Source: Pocillopora damicornis
Taxonomy: Eukaryota
NCBI RefSeq assembly: GCF_003704095.1
Contig: NW_020846941.1
Location: forward strand, 1 to 64,000
DNA: 64,000 nt
Reading direction: 5' to 3'
Shown here: one piece after another, positions 36,426 to 50,000 of the stretch
How the letters are laid out: each line of letters starts with the position of its first letter
Position numbering within the stretch: the stretch's first letter is position 1
Program-made: the position numbers and the translations under genes
Notes under the pieces: generated by a model
What the model was told of the DNA's origin: nothing
Seen by the model: the letters and a program-made list of their open reading frames with translations, nothing else
The model's database searches: none

Positions 36426-37151
36426 TCAGCGTGGAGGCGGGTATGGGTGATTACCGTGGGGTGGATGACGAGGTCCTAATAGGCCTCCTAGAACTCCATG
36501 CACCACAGCACCAAGGCCACCATCGGGTGGAGGAGGTGGGGCCGTGCCAGTTGGATACGGTGGAGGACCCACTCCAGGACCAGGATATGCATAAGGATTT
36601 CCCATTCCTCCAAAAGGTGCTGATCCAGGGTAAGGTGAGCCTCCTGGCACTGGTGGTGGGTAGGCTCCAGGTTGGGGTGTTGGCATCCCAGGGAAACCCG
36701 GGGCCGGAAACCCCGCACCCGGAAACCCCGCACCCGGGCATGGCCCTGGTTGAGGTGGAAATCCCGGTTGCCGACGATTCATAAGAATTTCCTTTGCTCT
36801 CCTTTTTTCATCTGGAAATTTAAAAGCGCTTTCCAGTGCTGATAAGTCATTGTCGGTGATGTGGGGCGAGATCGCTTCCATAGCTTTCATTCTGCGATCT
36901 TTGAAGTCGAAAGCACGGAGTATAGATGCAGCTTGAGAACATGTAATGCTGTACATGCGTGGAGCACAAGCATCAAGAGCATCCGACTTCGCATCATCGA
37001 ACGTAAATTCGGCAATAAGTAGAGCGACTTGTTCGCCAGATAGATATCCATAAGCACAAGACAGGCTCGATTTCAGTGCCTCTACCTTACGATCCTTGAA
37101 ATGTTGTTCTTTAACAGCCCGCCTGATGTTTTCAAAGCTGCCTGGATCCAT
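36426..37151 (-). CDS. DUF4476-domain protein with Pro/Gly-rich C-terminal tail (intronless, ~241 aa)
   Basis: F-x-D-x-K...LSGEQVALLIAEFTFDDAK...ITCSQAASILRAFDFKDRR pattern typical of DUF4476 (as in the PROSER1 N-terminus). First ATG at 37151. Confidence 0.75.
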   Translation of the reverse strand: MDPGSFENIRRAVKEQHFKDRKVEALKSSLSCAYGYLSGEQVALLIAEFTFDDAKSDALDACAPRMYSITCSQAASILRAFDFKDRRMKAMEAISPHITDNDLSALESAFKFPDEKRRAKEILMNRRQPGFPPQPGPCPGAGFPGAGFPAPGFPGMPTPQPGAYPPPVPGGSPYPGSAPFGGMGNPYAYPGPGVGPPPYPTGTAPPPPPDGGLGAVVHGVLGGLLGPRHPPHGNHPYPPPR

Positions 37152-37268
37152 GTTATGTCCTCCTCTCAGCGACTGTGACTTACTGATGGTGCATGTGATC
37201 ACGTTTCGAAATAAGTTCGCGACCTTGTTGATCACGTGACAAGCACACCTTACTATGTGTTGCGTGAC

Positions 37269-37373
37269 TAGCCTACGTGTAGCCGCACCCTCCCCTGCAG
37301 GGTGGAAAGGAGACGAGGGAACCCTACCTTCCGTTTCACTTTGGCGGGGGAGGGTACGGCTACACGTAGGCTA
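37269..37373. mobile_element. Palindromic mini DNA element, TAG...CTA termini, ~27-bp TIR, 9-bp TSD
   Basis: TAGCCTACGTGTAGCCGCACCCTCCCC ... GGGGAGGGTACGGCTACACGTAGGCTA; flanks TTGCGTGAC / TTGTGTGAC. Confidence 0.8.
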
Positions 37374-39902
37374 TTGTGTGACAGGAGTGTTACGTGCTTC
37401 ACGCGTGGATAAAACACTCGGCTGCTATTACGAGAGAGTTACAGTTGTTGAAGAGTCAGATTCAGCGCTGAGGACGAAGTTTCAATTTTGTATGCAAGAA
37501 AGAACATTAAGCATACGACAGCCTATCATGCTATGCTTTAAGGCCTTAGTCGATCAGTCAGTGAAAACTGAAGCGATAAAAACGGTTGAGCGACTGAATA
37601 TAATACAAGTAAAGAGGAATGCGGATGTGGGTTGGGTTTCGTTAATTGTGTCCTTCCGTTTCGCTTCGAGTTGCATACTGTTAGATGAGCAGAAATTGGG
37701 CATCATTTGGTTTTGGCCATTTCGAAACCGGGTTTCACCAACATTTTCGGTTTTAATGACTGATTGTCAATGAAGAAAGCTGTTTTACCGTCCAATCTCT
37801 GGGTCTTTTCACTTTTTGTGCGATTTTCAGCGCGGCGTTTCATTTGTTATGGAAATTTTGTCAGTTTTGCGGTTTTTCGATGGCTTGGAATTCTGACTTT
37901 CCTGATTACATGTGATCATTGTCTAGACGTTATGGATACCCAAAGTATACCTACTGGGCCATAGCACGAAAAAAAAGAGGAAGAACGATTTCACACACGA
38001 AAAGCAAGTCATTCAGCCAATATTTTTAATAGTCTGTAGTTCTTACAGTTAACACTGAACCGTGGCTGCATCAGTTAACTGTAAGCAATAGGAGTAATAG
38101 TGAATCCTTGCTCTCTGGAAGAAAACTTAGAAAACTTTCGATCCTCTCTAAATATCGACTCCGAGATTAGGTGGACCTACAAAAAATATTTCTTCAACTT
38201 AGAACAGAATATTAAGACATTTAAGAACTACAGAGGTTATGTCGCACACATGACATCACGCTTTCGGCGTTTAACTGATAACTAATTACATCGAACTGTT
38301 TCAAGTTTAAAAATGTGGGGAAATGCTTTTAAATTGGAACACAACGTCTTATTTTCTTAACTTAAAATATTTTAGAAACAACATTTTACAGCGTTGGATT
38401 TCGGAAACTACACTTTTTATAAGGCATCCACAATATATATAGCTGACTAAATTCATCTGATATATCGAATAAATATATAAAAATTATAATAACAGAATTA
38501 TTTTTTTTTTACTACTCTATCAGTAATACCAAGCTGTACAACTCTTAATTAAGCGGAATATCATTATTTTGCTCTACTCTTTTTTTTTCCCATGTCTTCT
38601 AAAGAGGGGGCTATGACTTAAAAGATTCTCAAATGACACTGTAATCCACTAAAACCCAGCTAAACGGAGTTAAGGAGTTGCCCCGGCAGGAGACAAAAGC
38701 TGATTCATTTCTAAAGGAAATACGTGATTAAGAATATCGCAACGCACCGGGTATTTCATTGTACTTAAATTTAAAATTATTCTCACGATCCTAAACATAA
38801 TAAATAAAGCTTTGTCTGAATTTTTCTTAATATGATTAAGCCTACCTATTTCTTTCGGCCGAAAGAAAAGATAGAGATTGATTTGGGTTTTAGCTCATTA
38901 TGACGTCGATAGTAACTAGCTACTTCCATATATTTAAATATTAAATATTGGGCTAAATTGGGGCAATTAGGCAATGAATTGCAAAATTGAAAACCAAACT
39001 GTAATTTACCGTCGATGATAGTTCTTTCCGATTTTCTTAATTTCAATTTTGATTGAAAATTAAGCTCGAAAATCACCCTCATCTGGGATGTGATCGGGAG
39101 TTTGCCAAAAAGTAATCTCTCTCTCATTAAACGTTCCCATGTAAACTCGAAATCGACTCAGGTACACAATATATACATAGAGAACCATCGTTCTATAGAC
39201 CCTAACACGTTCATTTAGCACTTCAAAATTCTTAACAAAGAATGTTGCAAGAGCGCTGTAGAAAAGAATCTAATGGGCTTGAAAAAGTGCATTGAAGAAA
39301 CAAGAAGTACGACATAATCCACCCTTCGTTTTTGATTTTCTTCGTCTTGTTTTCTGTTTTGTTTTGTTTTGTTTTTTTCAGGATTAGCGCTTACCCTCTA
39401 GAGGCAACAGTTTCGGTGACAAAGACAACTTACGAGCACTAGAAGAAGGGACGATCGGTGACACTTTCACACAAGTCGACATCAATTCCAAAAATTTTGC
39501 ATGCATCTGCCAGTAATCCATATCCCTCCAGGATTTCTGTTTCGGTTTGTTGAGCCACTGTTTTTTGTTGTCTATAACTGGTATGCAAAATTTCCCTAAG
39601 CGAAGCGACTTACCCTCCTTTAGAAAGAACATCAAATAGGAACGCGCCTAAGTTCACAAACCTATACCCTTCAGAAGAATCAATCAACGGAAACGAGAAG
39701 ACTCTAAAACCAGAAATCCGAGGTGCCCGGCACTTAGAAGCTCTCATAAAATTAAATTTATACCAAAAGACAAAAGACAACTGTTTGTCGCCTGTAGCAT
39801 CCAGGGTCTGTCATGGAACAGCCCTATTTAAGGTAGCGTATTTGAGAAATAGTAATGTGAAATTCAAAATTTTATGTATAATATTGGCGAACGAATCTAA
39901 TG

Positions 39903-42900
39903 TTAAAACGTCAAAGAGTTTGAGATGATATTGTTCATTATACTCTCGATTCTGACCGTTCCAATCAACGGCGAGAAGAACAATTCCTCTGCAGCTCGCT
40001 GCGTGAGAACCCGAGTAGCTGGCAGCCGTAAAAGTATCTTTGCAAACCGTTCAGGATTGCTTGGGCGCTGTTTTTCAACATAAAGTTTAAGGGCGCAATG
40101 AGCCTTTTCTTGAAGTCTTTCAACTTGTTTAGGATTTTTTAAACTTGAACAGTCTGTGAAGGAGACAAAGAGAACATTTGCATTAGATTGACTTAGAGAT
40201 AAGATAATCAAATCAAACTAATCAAAGGGATAGGAAATTAAATAAACTATCAACAATTTAATCTACTCAAGAAATAGAAAATTGTTCACTTGATTGCAAT
40301 TATCGTCTCCAAAGACCTGAACTAACGGGAAAATAAGATGATATACTCATGAACTCAGCCCGCAGATTTCCACATATTGCGTTACGTTTTCCTTACTTCT
40401 CAGATTCTAAAAGCAATTAACACTCAAAATGGCAAATCATTCATTACAGCAATACATGAGCAAATTCCACATGGAAACTAGTGTTATAAGTCATGTAGGA
40501 AGAATCTGGCATGACATGTGTCTTATTAAGATTCAGTGATTGAGACACAAACTACACAACACAGTGAGGCTCTCCAGTTTTGTTGTTTGGTATGACTTTT
40601 GTAACGATCACATTTACACTTTGATGAAGTTAGAAGTATTTGGCATACCTGCATTGAAAAGTACTATTGTCTTCAGGAATGCATACTCCACAGAATCCAA
40701 CTCAAGCTTTTCAAGACTAAACAAGAGGTCTTTTACACTCATTATCTTCTCAACCATGTTTGGTTCTTTAGTTTGCACAGGAGACTTTCGATCTCCACCT
40801 CCTTCACTTTGTTCCATGTGTGAAGCAGCAAGTGTCAATAATGGTGACAAGGGAAAAGAACTTGAACACTGTGCAACACCCAGCATAAAAAGATCTGACC
40901 AAGTACTTTGTAGTAACACAAGTTGATCATTATTATCAAGACTGCGAAAGGCTTGTATGCTACGTGCCCAATCGACTGTCAGGAATAGGAGACGAGTGGC
41001 TATTTCATAAACATACTCCATAGATAATGTAGAAACACCCAATGTTGGAGGATTCAATTTAAATTGAAGATGTTCAGGATTTAGAATGCAGTCATTCTGA
41101 TCTGATGAGAGGAATTGAGAGAGAGACATTTGAGGTGTGCCATTCACTGGTGATGAGGCCAATGGGCTGTTTGGTGTAAAACATGGTGATTCTGTCTTTT
41201 CCAGAAAAACTGAATGCATTGATTGATTTGTAGGAGACAAACTTGCACTTCTTGTGTGGTTTTCCCCACTACTGTCCTCTGCAGACTTTATAAGTGGTTT
41301 TCTTTCACATTGCACAGCTGAGACAAATGTAATAAGAATCAGTAAATGTGGATATGTTTCATAACACATTTATAACATGTTCTCATCAAATGTCAAAACA
41401 AACAGAGGCTCACAGCCATGGGCAAAAACAGTTCAGCAAGGGATCTAGAATACCTGACTACTCTTCTTAGGGCAAAGCTTTGAATGAAAAAACTTTGATG
41501 AAATATATAGGTGCAAATCATACACAAAAGTAAGAAGTGCATCTGGGACAACTTACATAGAGATAAAAATAAAATTTAAAAAAAATAAAGAAAAACCCAA
41601 AAAATTGTTGGTAAATTTTTTACATTTTCAAAAGCTTGCTTTAGTTACAATAAAAAAAGGGCAACTTAAGCTCAGATGCCTTTTCCAGTATACAAACCAT
41701 TCAGGATATGGCATTGTGTAATCATTAGTAAAGGATTCTAAAACTTCACATGGCAGTGCATGCATCATCTTCTCCTGAAGATAGTATCATCTGTAGCACA
41801 GTGACATACGTGCGTACGTGTTGTCTGCCAGAGTTTGTTATGTAATACAAGATCATGTTTTAAATTTAAAGCAGTTGACGTTACAGCAAGTTGAGGCTGT
41901 ATATATTGCATATGCCTACGATATTCAAAAACTAGAATTACATACAGAAAAGATTTATAGCTGGGCGTCTCTAATGCTATACTTAGTTTCCTAGCCCCAT
42001 GCATAGCAGAGCTAATTTCATTATTTGCATTTTCATCCTTGCTTTATTCTTTTTGCATTATGTAACTTAAATGTATTGCCCCTTAAGTGAACCATGAAAA
42101 GTAATCCTTCATTAAGCTAATCTTGAGTGCATGCCATAACATATAGCACGAGCACAACAGACCTGACGAGTGACAGTGATTATTATGAAATGCCCTTTTT
42201 TAAGCCAAATTACTAAGAATGTGAGAATGTAAGAATGTGTTTTGCTGAATTACACACGAGAAACAGGCTGATCAATCTAAACAACAGCTCTGCGAAAGAA
42301 GAAAATCCCACTGTGCATTATTGATAACGTTTGCTAATCAAATAGAAGTACATATGAAAATAAACATTATGGCTGTTGCCATAAGCAGAAAACATATTTA
42401 AAAATGTACATGGTCCGTGTTGCACATATGACAGAACTGTTACATAATCAATGGTAGTCTGTATACAGGATTTTCACATAACAGAGTACGTGATCCAGTT
42501 TCACAGTAATGGATTTTGTATAAGGATCTGAACGGATGCTTAGAACATTTGCGACCTCCCTAAACCACTCACTGGTACAACAAAGAAAAGTACAGTAACT
42601 TGCTTTTTTTCCCCCATCTCGTGCTGTTGGTGTTTACTTAGCTCATAAGACTTCGTGACTCGCGCGCGCATCACTCACGCAAATAAAAAACGTGACCTCG
42701 AATTTTCAACGTTGTTTAGCGTGTTTGGACACGTGAAGATGCAAATTCGCTCGACAAACAAGATCTAAAGTAAGAAAAAAAACAAGACGACCTGACAACT
42801 AACATGCTTCTTTGAAAATACTCTTATTTTTATGAAAATGACCTCTCTCGAAATAGCATCATACAGAAAATCTTATTTCTGGTTGTTTCTACGCGCGTTT

Positions 42901-43983
42901 TGCCAATAATACCTCACGCTAACACGTGTAATGTGTAAGGAAAACCCAAGGACCACGAGATGTAAAACCTAGCCGAAGACCGCAAAATTCAAAATTTGGA
43001 ACAAATCCTTGTACTTTTGCTCGGACTCTAACTGGTTGATTTCGAAGTCAAATGAATTTAATACCGCGCGAATACAACTAAAATCAGACTCCAGGAAGCT
43101 GAAAGAATCCGGTAGGTTAACGTCAAGAATTCTGTTCAATTCTAGACGAAGCTAATTCCCCAAAAATGGAATTGCGTATTCTTTCCAAAGCTTCTTCCAC
43201 ACTTTAAAACTCCAAAAGAAAGAAATTACAATAACATTAACTAAATTATATTACCAATAGACCCTTGAGAGGCATTATTGTTGCATAAGTGATTTCTTGA
43301 AAAATTTCTGTCAATTTTTAAGGTCAACGTAATGTAAGTCCGACAAGCCACATTAACTCTGTACTTAAAACATTTCCTGCGATGTATTACCTTCTTTCTT
43401 CATACCCATGGTGAGGCATTTGTTCAGGCGACATCTCTGGCACCTATTTCGGTGAATTTTATCTACTGGACAGGCGCCATTCCCTTGACAACTGTAATTT
43501 AAATTTTTCCTCACGCTTCTCTTGAAAAAGCCCTTACATCCTTCACAAGCTACAATGCCATAATGTTTCCCGGTCCCACGGTCTCCGCACACAAGGCAGT
43601 CTCCCCAAACTGGTTTTAAAGTTGTAGGTGAAAGCACCGGACTACGCTGAAAGAACTCAGCCCTGAACGAATCTACAATTCATACAAAAACAAAGTGAAC
43701 GGCGCGCTACTGATGAAGCAGAATTTCTCAAGAACATCTGAAGAAAGAATCTCACAAATCTCACCACGGATCGGGAAAATTCACAAGTAACTTAACAGTT
43801 AAAGTTCAAATGATACTTTCCATCCCAAAGAATACACGATAACATGTTTCACATTCGTAAACGCATTCACGAGTACGTGAGAAAATATTCAAGGAAATAC
43901 TAGGTAGATCACATTCCAGTCATTATGACCAAGCATATTTCATGAAGGAAGAAATAAAAAATCTTGTCATTCACGTACCACAT
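39903..43983 (-). CDS. NR2C: Nuclear receptor, NR2C (TR2/TR4)-like; exons ~43391-43662 (DBD), 40649-41317 and 39903-40153 (LBD); 5' end uncertain
   Basis: [52 protein letters not shown] and [40 protein letters not shown] match the TR2/TR4 pattern. GT-AG boundaries seen. Confidence 0.88.
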
Positions 43984-46900
43984 GTCTACATTAGGTCTAT
44001 AATGTTAATATTTGGCAGACCAGCACGTTAGGAGCATCAGTATACGAAATGAAAGCCAAAAACATCGTTCTTTGTGGTCGCCATAACTTACCGGTCATAG
44101 TTCACAGACTTACTGAAATCCAACTAAACACAGTTAAATTCGAGTTTTCAAATCCGCCGATATTCACAACGTCGCTAAAGGACAGTATTGAACGAAATGG
44201 GCGGATTGAAGAAGCAAACGTCCTAACATAACATCGGAGTAAATGCCTGTTCGGAAACTAAGTAGTCTTGCGTTTTGCCTTACATGTGCTGAGTTATCTC
44301 GCATTGCCCTTACAGAACACGCTTTTACCTTTCACTCTACTAAACACTTGAAGGTCAGCGAGAGGACAAAGGCTATTCCTCTAATTACTATCGAGTATTC
44401 TGATTGGCTAGTAAATAAAGAAAAAGTTTGATTGCACCAATCACGAGAGACTTGAGATCTGGTCACAGTCGTAGTCACGACACTTTCTAATAGAGAAAAC
44501 GTGAGAAAACACGTGTGTCGCGACACGCAAACCTTGCAAGGTAAATATGCGTGTGAACTCCATTACATAACATTGCATTTTAATTCACGTTTGTACATCA
44601 TTGAAAGGTCGACATCCGTGTTATTTTGAAATATTTTAATTCCATTACTATGAATCTGAAGATTATTTCAGTAGCTGTCGTTCTGAAGGGTTTATTTCGT
44701 TGTCAAATCCAATTCGAATCCATCGGAGACAACTGGTCACGCACTAATATTGGCTCTATACCTTACCCGGCTTTTCAGGTTTTGAACACTAAGCAAATCA
44801 GCTTTCAAAAATCTTTCAACTTGCAACGAAAGCTTTTCAAGTGTATTTTCCTTGAAGGAGAACAAAGAATAATTTTATCGACTCCTTAAAGCATAATTCA
44901 TTCTGTAAACTTCCTGACTCTACTACTGTGCTCGCCCAATGTCAAATGTAAGGGACTTTGACCTAGCAAGTGATTTAAATGGCATTAAGGGGGAGAGGGG
45001 AGAGGAAGGGTGGTGTTACAGTCAAGGCGCTATGGATTAGCTATCAACACAAAAAAGAAACAAACGACGAAAATGAAATTTTTAACCAAAAAGTAAAAGA
45101 AACAAAACAAAAAAGTGAGAACTAATGCTGTTGCAACTTCCAATAACTATGACATCTGTCTTGTATCACGTGGACAAGACGTTTGGTGTGTCAGGAAACA
45201 AAACAAGTCAGTTACTCTTTTGTGTCAAGCTGTATTTACAGTCTACTGCGCAGCTGACCTTTGAGATGTCACGCTTTCCGTTGCGTGATATCCCGAGGAA
45301 CGACAGTGTTAGTGGCAACACTAAGGGTCGTTGTTTTAAGATTTTTTAAAGATAGGTCGAAAGGCAGAAGTCTTACTTCACTTGTACCAAATCTACAGCT
45401 TTGCCCCGGGATGCAAATCACGAGATGTAACTTGACATTCTGAAATAGTCTTGTCGCTTGGTCTTTGAAGTTGGCGACGTTCTCCAGAAGTTTGCGTGAA
45501 ACAAACGCACTTGGAGGTCTTCACACGGGGCGTTTAACCGTAGTCTTAAGTCGGTTTAGTTCGACGATATCTTAGGCTCAACTTTGCAAATCTTTTCGTC
45601 ATAATTTTGAGGGCTTCCTCAAGTTTCATCTTCATCTCTTTGTAATTTAAATATTTGTTCGAATTTCAAGATAATTTTAGGATATAACAGTTCCGTGTTG
45701 TCTCCCGCGGTGTTTAGACCGAGAGCGCCACGTGAAGGGAAAGGTGAGGTGCCACTGGCAAAACGAGTTTAATTTGGTTGTTTGGGAAAGCAAGAACAAC
45801 TACGAAAAATGTGAATAATAGGTCTACAGACATTCAATTCTTTCTCTATATCATTTTTTCAACAAGACTGTTAGGTCACCAAGAGCCTAAATTCATGTTT
45901 CTTCCATATTTCAAAACAGACAATTTGGGTTAGTGCGGGTAACATCTTTAAATACATTTCGCTGTTTGCTGTCAGTCAAACTTGGAAATTTGGAGCTGCA
46001 ATGCTGTTGGTTCAGGGGAAGGGGTTCTGCGTACGGTTCACGCACATTAAACAACTTTAAAAAATTCACAGTTTAATGGGTTTTAATTTCGTATTTTCCC
46101 TCGTCATGAAAATTAAGAAAGAAAACTTTATCCCATAGCACGCAATAACCCGCGGGGAAGGTACGATGAGTTAGTGGGCGGGGAAAATAGTCAAGTGCTA
46201 ATGAAAGGGCCATTTATCAAGAACTTTCCAAGCGTTCAAAGATAAAAAAAAAATCCAGAAGCAAATATAAAATTTTAAAAGTGATTAATTTAGCCGAACG
46301 GTTCGGATTCTATTTATAACTGGACCAGTCTAGTCAGTCGGTTCTGAGTAACGGCAAGTTCCCCTAAGCCCCTTAGGATTATGCGTGGAATGATCACGAT
46401 GATATTACACAGTTAGTTTTTGCGGAATGTGCGTATGCTTTCCGACGACAGAGATGAAACTCGCTATATTTGCCAGCACTATGACTTCGGCTGCCGTTCT
46501 TGAGCGGGTTCGTGACCCACATGCAGGCCACAACATGATATGACAACACAGTCAACATCACAGAACTTGAGGACAATCGGAGGTACGATACACAAAGGCT
46601 TGATAACCAGCCAGCCACTTTACGAGAAATGTGCCCACGCTCCTGTTCTGTAGAACGAACCCGAGAAAACGGCGGAAATCGAGGCATGGTAACACAGAGT
46701 ACTCAGTCATTGACGTTAACCACTGAGTACTAATACTCGGTTCGCTGGCTAGCCAAAGTTTCCTGGTCCCTGATGTCTGTCAGACTTAAGCATCGTAAAC
46801 AGAGCAATACAATTCCTGATTTTGTCCTCTGTGCGAATTGGGAACCTACAGACGTACATCCGCTTGGTTCTCGATCTTCAGCACACTGGGTGATTCCCAA

Positions 46901-47020
46901 GTCTTCTATAGTTCCACATCGCAATTTACACAGAGATGAAGCCTTTAAAACGCCTCCTTTATGTTCTTCCTGAGACTTCACCAAACAGCACTTTATTCTT
47001 TAACTTTCATTTGAGTAAGT

Positions 47021-50000
47021 TTAGCTCGCATTCTGTTTCTTCGACGGCAGAAAATATTTCGGTGTTGACATGTGATAGTGATGTCGCCAAGCAGAATAAT
47101 GTCCTTTATAGAACGCACCAAATCTGTAGAGGAAACAAAAGAGTTAATTCTAAAGAGCGAAAATGTCAATTAAGGGTGGATTTTGTTACACTACAAGCAA
47201 ATTCGCCATCATCTTTAGTGTTCTCCCTTATTTTACGCATGACGGGCAAACTAAATTTTCAAACCGGTAAAGCGATCCTTTTACCTGTTGAATTTTCAAG
47301 AATTCCACGCAATTTTAAACGGTAATAAGAGGTACTACAGGTGGTAAATGTTACCGGTTACGGCCTGAAAGGAGAACACTGCATCTCCAAAGGATAAGTT
47401 ATGAGGACCAAAAGTACGTGTCGTTTGGATTGGCTCAAAAGCTACCGTTGCCTTTTGTTTGTAGACATACTAAATTCAGACTGCAGGAGAAGTTATGGAC
47501 TGCAATTTGTCTAGTCCTCTAGCTAGAGACAACTAACCTAAAACACAATTTCTTTTACCCTTACGTCTGAGTGCAGTAGAGGTTTTCGCCAACGAGCAGA
47601 CCCTCGTTGTTAGCGCTTCAGCATGACGAGCGTTTCTCCGCTTGTGGGAAAGTAAAGGGAATTAAGAAACGCGATCCGGCGAGAGTTTTGCTTGTGGTAT
47701 AGCACTGTTAATGTTAATACCAGACCCCCGGCAAACCTCTCCTCGACTCATCTCCAATCTTCCCTCGAGCAGAGAAGCGCGCGTCCTGCAGCGCTCATAA
47801 TAGGGAGGCCCTGATCGCTGGTTAGGCGTTATTACCTGTTAGGAAATCTTATGTTCTCCGGGACATCTTTAGGACTCGTTGTAAGGATTTCATTATCCTG
47901 GTATGTCGTCCCTGCTGGAGGAATACGGAACTTGGCCATTTGCACCTCGGTGTCGCTTAGTCCCCCGTGGGAAATTCGCGCATATCCTAGTCGTACGAGC
48001 CCGCGGTACATAATATACTCGCACCAGCGGTCAGAATCTGTTGCATCGATGTCCTGTCAAAGCGAAAAAGTCAGAACTAAGCTAAGAAGGCAAAAGAACA
48101 CTTCAACAATTCCATGCTCGTCGTGTTGCTTGTTTACTCTACAGCTATTTGCATGGTGGTCACTGCCAAAAGGCTAACGCTTTTCAACATAAAGACATAA
48201 GTCAAGCTTATTCCTGAAGGGATAAACTGCTCGGCGTTCGCGCCAGTGCTAGTCAATTAAAACGAAGAAAACTTCCCGAGTTAACTGGTAAACTTCAGCT
48301 ATCTATATACCTATCTGTAAGAAGCGTACGTGCTGTCACACTGAATTTTTCATTCCTGAGTTTCACACATTTTGTTACTGACACAAACAAATGGTAATTG
48401 AACTCAGTGTCGTATAATTTTGGGGTAATCGTGCTCGTAATTTTCAAATCACTTCCTCGAATACTCCCTGAATTGCTGGAATTATCACAAACAAAACTCT
48501 TTCTCACCTTCGTTCGTCCCATCTCCGTCAGCATGCGGTAATCACGACTGCGAGGTGATGACGTCACATATCCCAGAAACACCACAGGGTTGAGACTGCA
48601 AGATATAAGGATCGTGAGATTTAGCGTGACTTACCGCAGGCAGACCACACTATACGTTCGTGGTTAATTATTGTTGACACGAGACGAACAAAATATATGG
48701 GGCTCATGAATAAAGCTCTGAAATTGCATATCTAAATTACATCTAGGTCTGAATATCTCAATAAAATTAAATGAAATGTTAATCGATGCATTTGTGGAAT
48801 TTTTTCGCCTTCATGGGCCGTTTGAAGCGTCTTTTTGCGAAATTACTTTTGGCTAGTGGCCGTTAACCCTTTCACTCCCAAGATCTCATAAGTAATTCTC
48901 CTTACCGTCTGCCATACAGTTCTTGTGATGTTAGTTTGAAGAATTTGGTATTGAATCAACTAATAATCCCTTATTCATATTTTTCTTTATTCTCATCACT
49001 TGTCTGTTTGATATTGTACTGATATTGTGAGGAGAAATTCTGTCTTGGTCACTCATGGAAGTTAAAGGGTTAAGAGAAGAAAGGGAGACAGGGCTTGCAA
49101 CTTGCCTGTGGGCGAATATGTTGACTGCTTGTGATAAAATATGAAAACAATGATATAAAGAATACAGCTTTGAAGAAAGGGTTCGTTTACCTCTCATCTA
49201 AAATTCTGGCTAGCTCCTCAGCCTGAAGCTTTCTGTCCAAGTTATCCCTGTGATAGATTTTAAACACAACTCACAATCCCACAAAAATCTGATTAAAATA
49301 TATAAATAGATATATAAGTTAAGGATCTTAACAATACTGACAAGGTTTGCTGATTTGTATTGACGGGAACTAAAAACATCACAAGGTGGAATCCAAGGGT
49401 TACTAAAAAGTTGGTTTGACACCGAATAAATATTCTGAGCAACACAACTTCTGAGCAAGCAATCATCATTTGCGCCTTGCCACGAATGTTTTTTTGGCCT
49501 ATGGGAAAGTTTAAAGCCAAGGGCGGAGGAAAGCGCGTCCTGCATAGCCTACATCTAGTCGTACCCTCCTCTGCAAGATGAAACTGAGGCGCTTCTGTTT
49601 CACCTTGGAGAGAGGGTACAGCTACAAGTAGGCTAGTCCCGCAGCACTAATAATGAGAGCCAGCTCGCAGGCTTTTAGCCCTTTCCACCCTAACAACAGT
49701 ATGCATATTCTCCATAATGTTCCCTATACATTCCCTAAGGTACTGATGAACAGAATTTGTTTCATAATCCAAAGCTTCTCTAGTTGGTGACCATTTCCTT
49801 TATTCTCATAACCTTGATGTGTGATTTGGGGGTGATATTGTAAAGAGAAATTAGATGCTAATCTCTCTTAGGGGTTAAAGGGTTAGGCAATGATGCTGTT
49901 GAAAATCATTTTTACATCTTGCTCACCGATCGTTTCCCATGTGAACCAACACAAAATCCACCAGGTTACCAGTAATGTTAATAGTTGCACTCAAAGCTGG

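Noticed and set aside
37255-37773. 172-aa plus-strand ORF
   Set aside because: Runs through a palindromic transposon and has no recognisable protein features.
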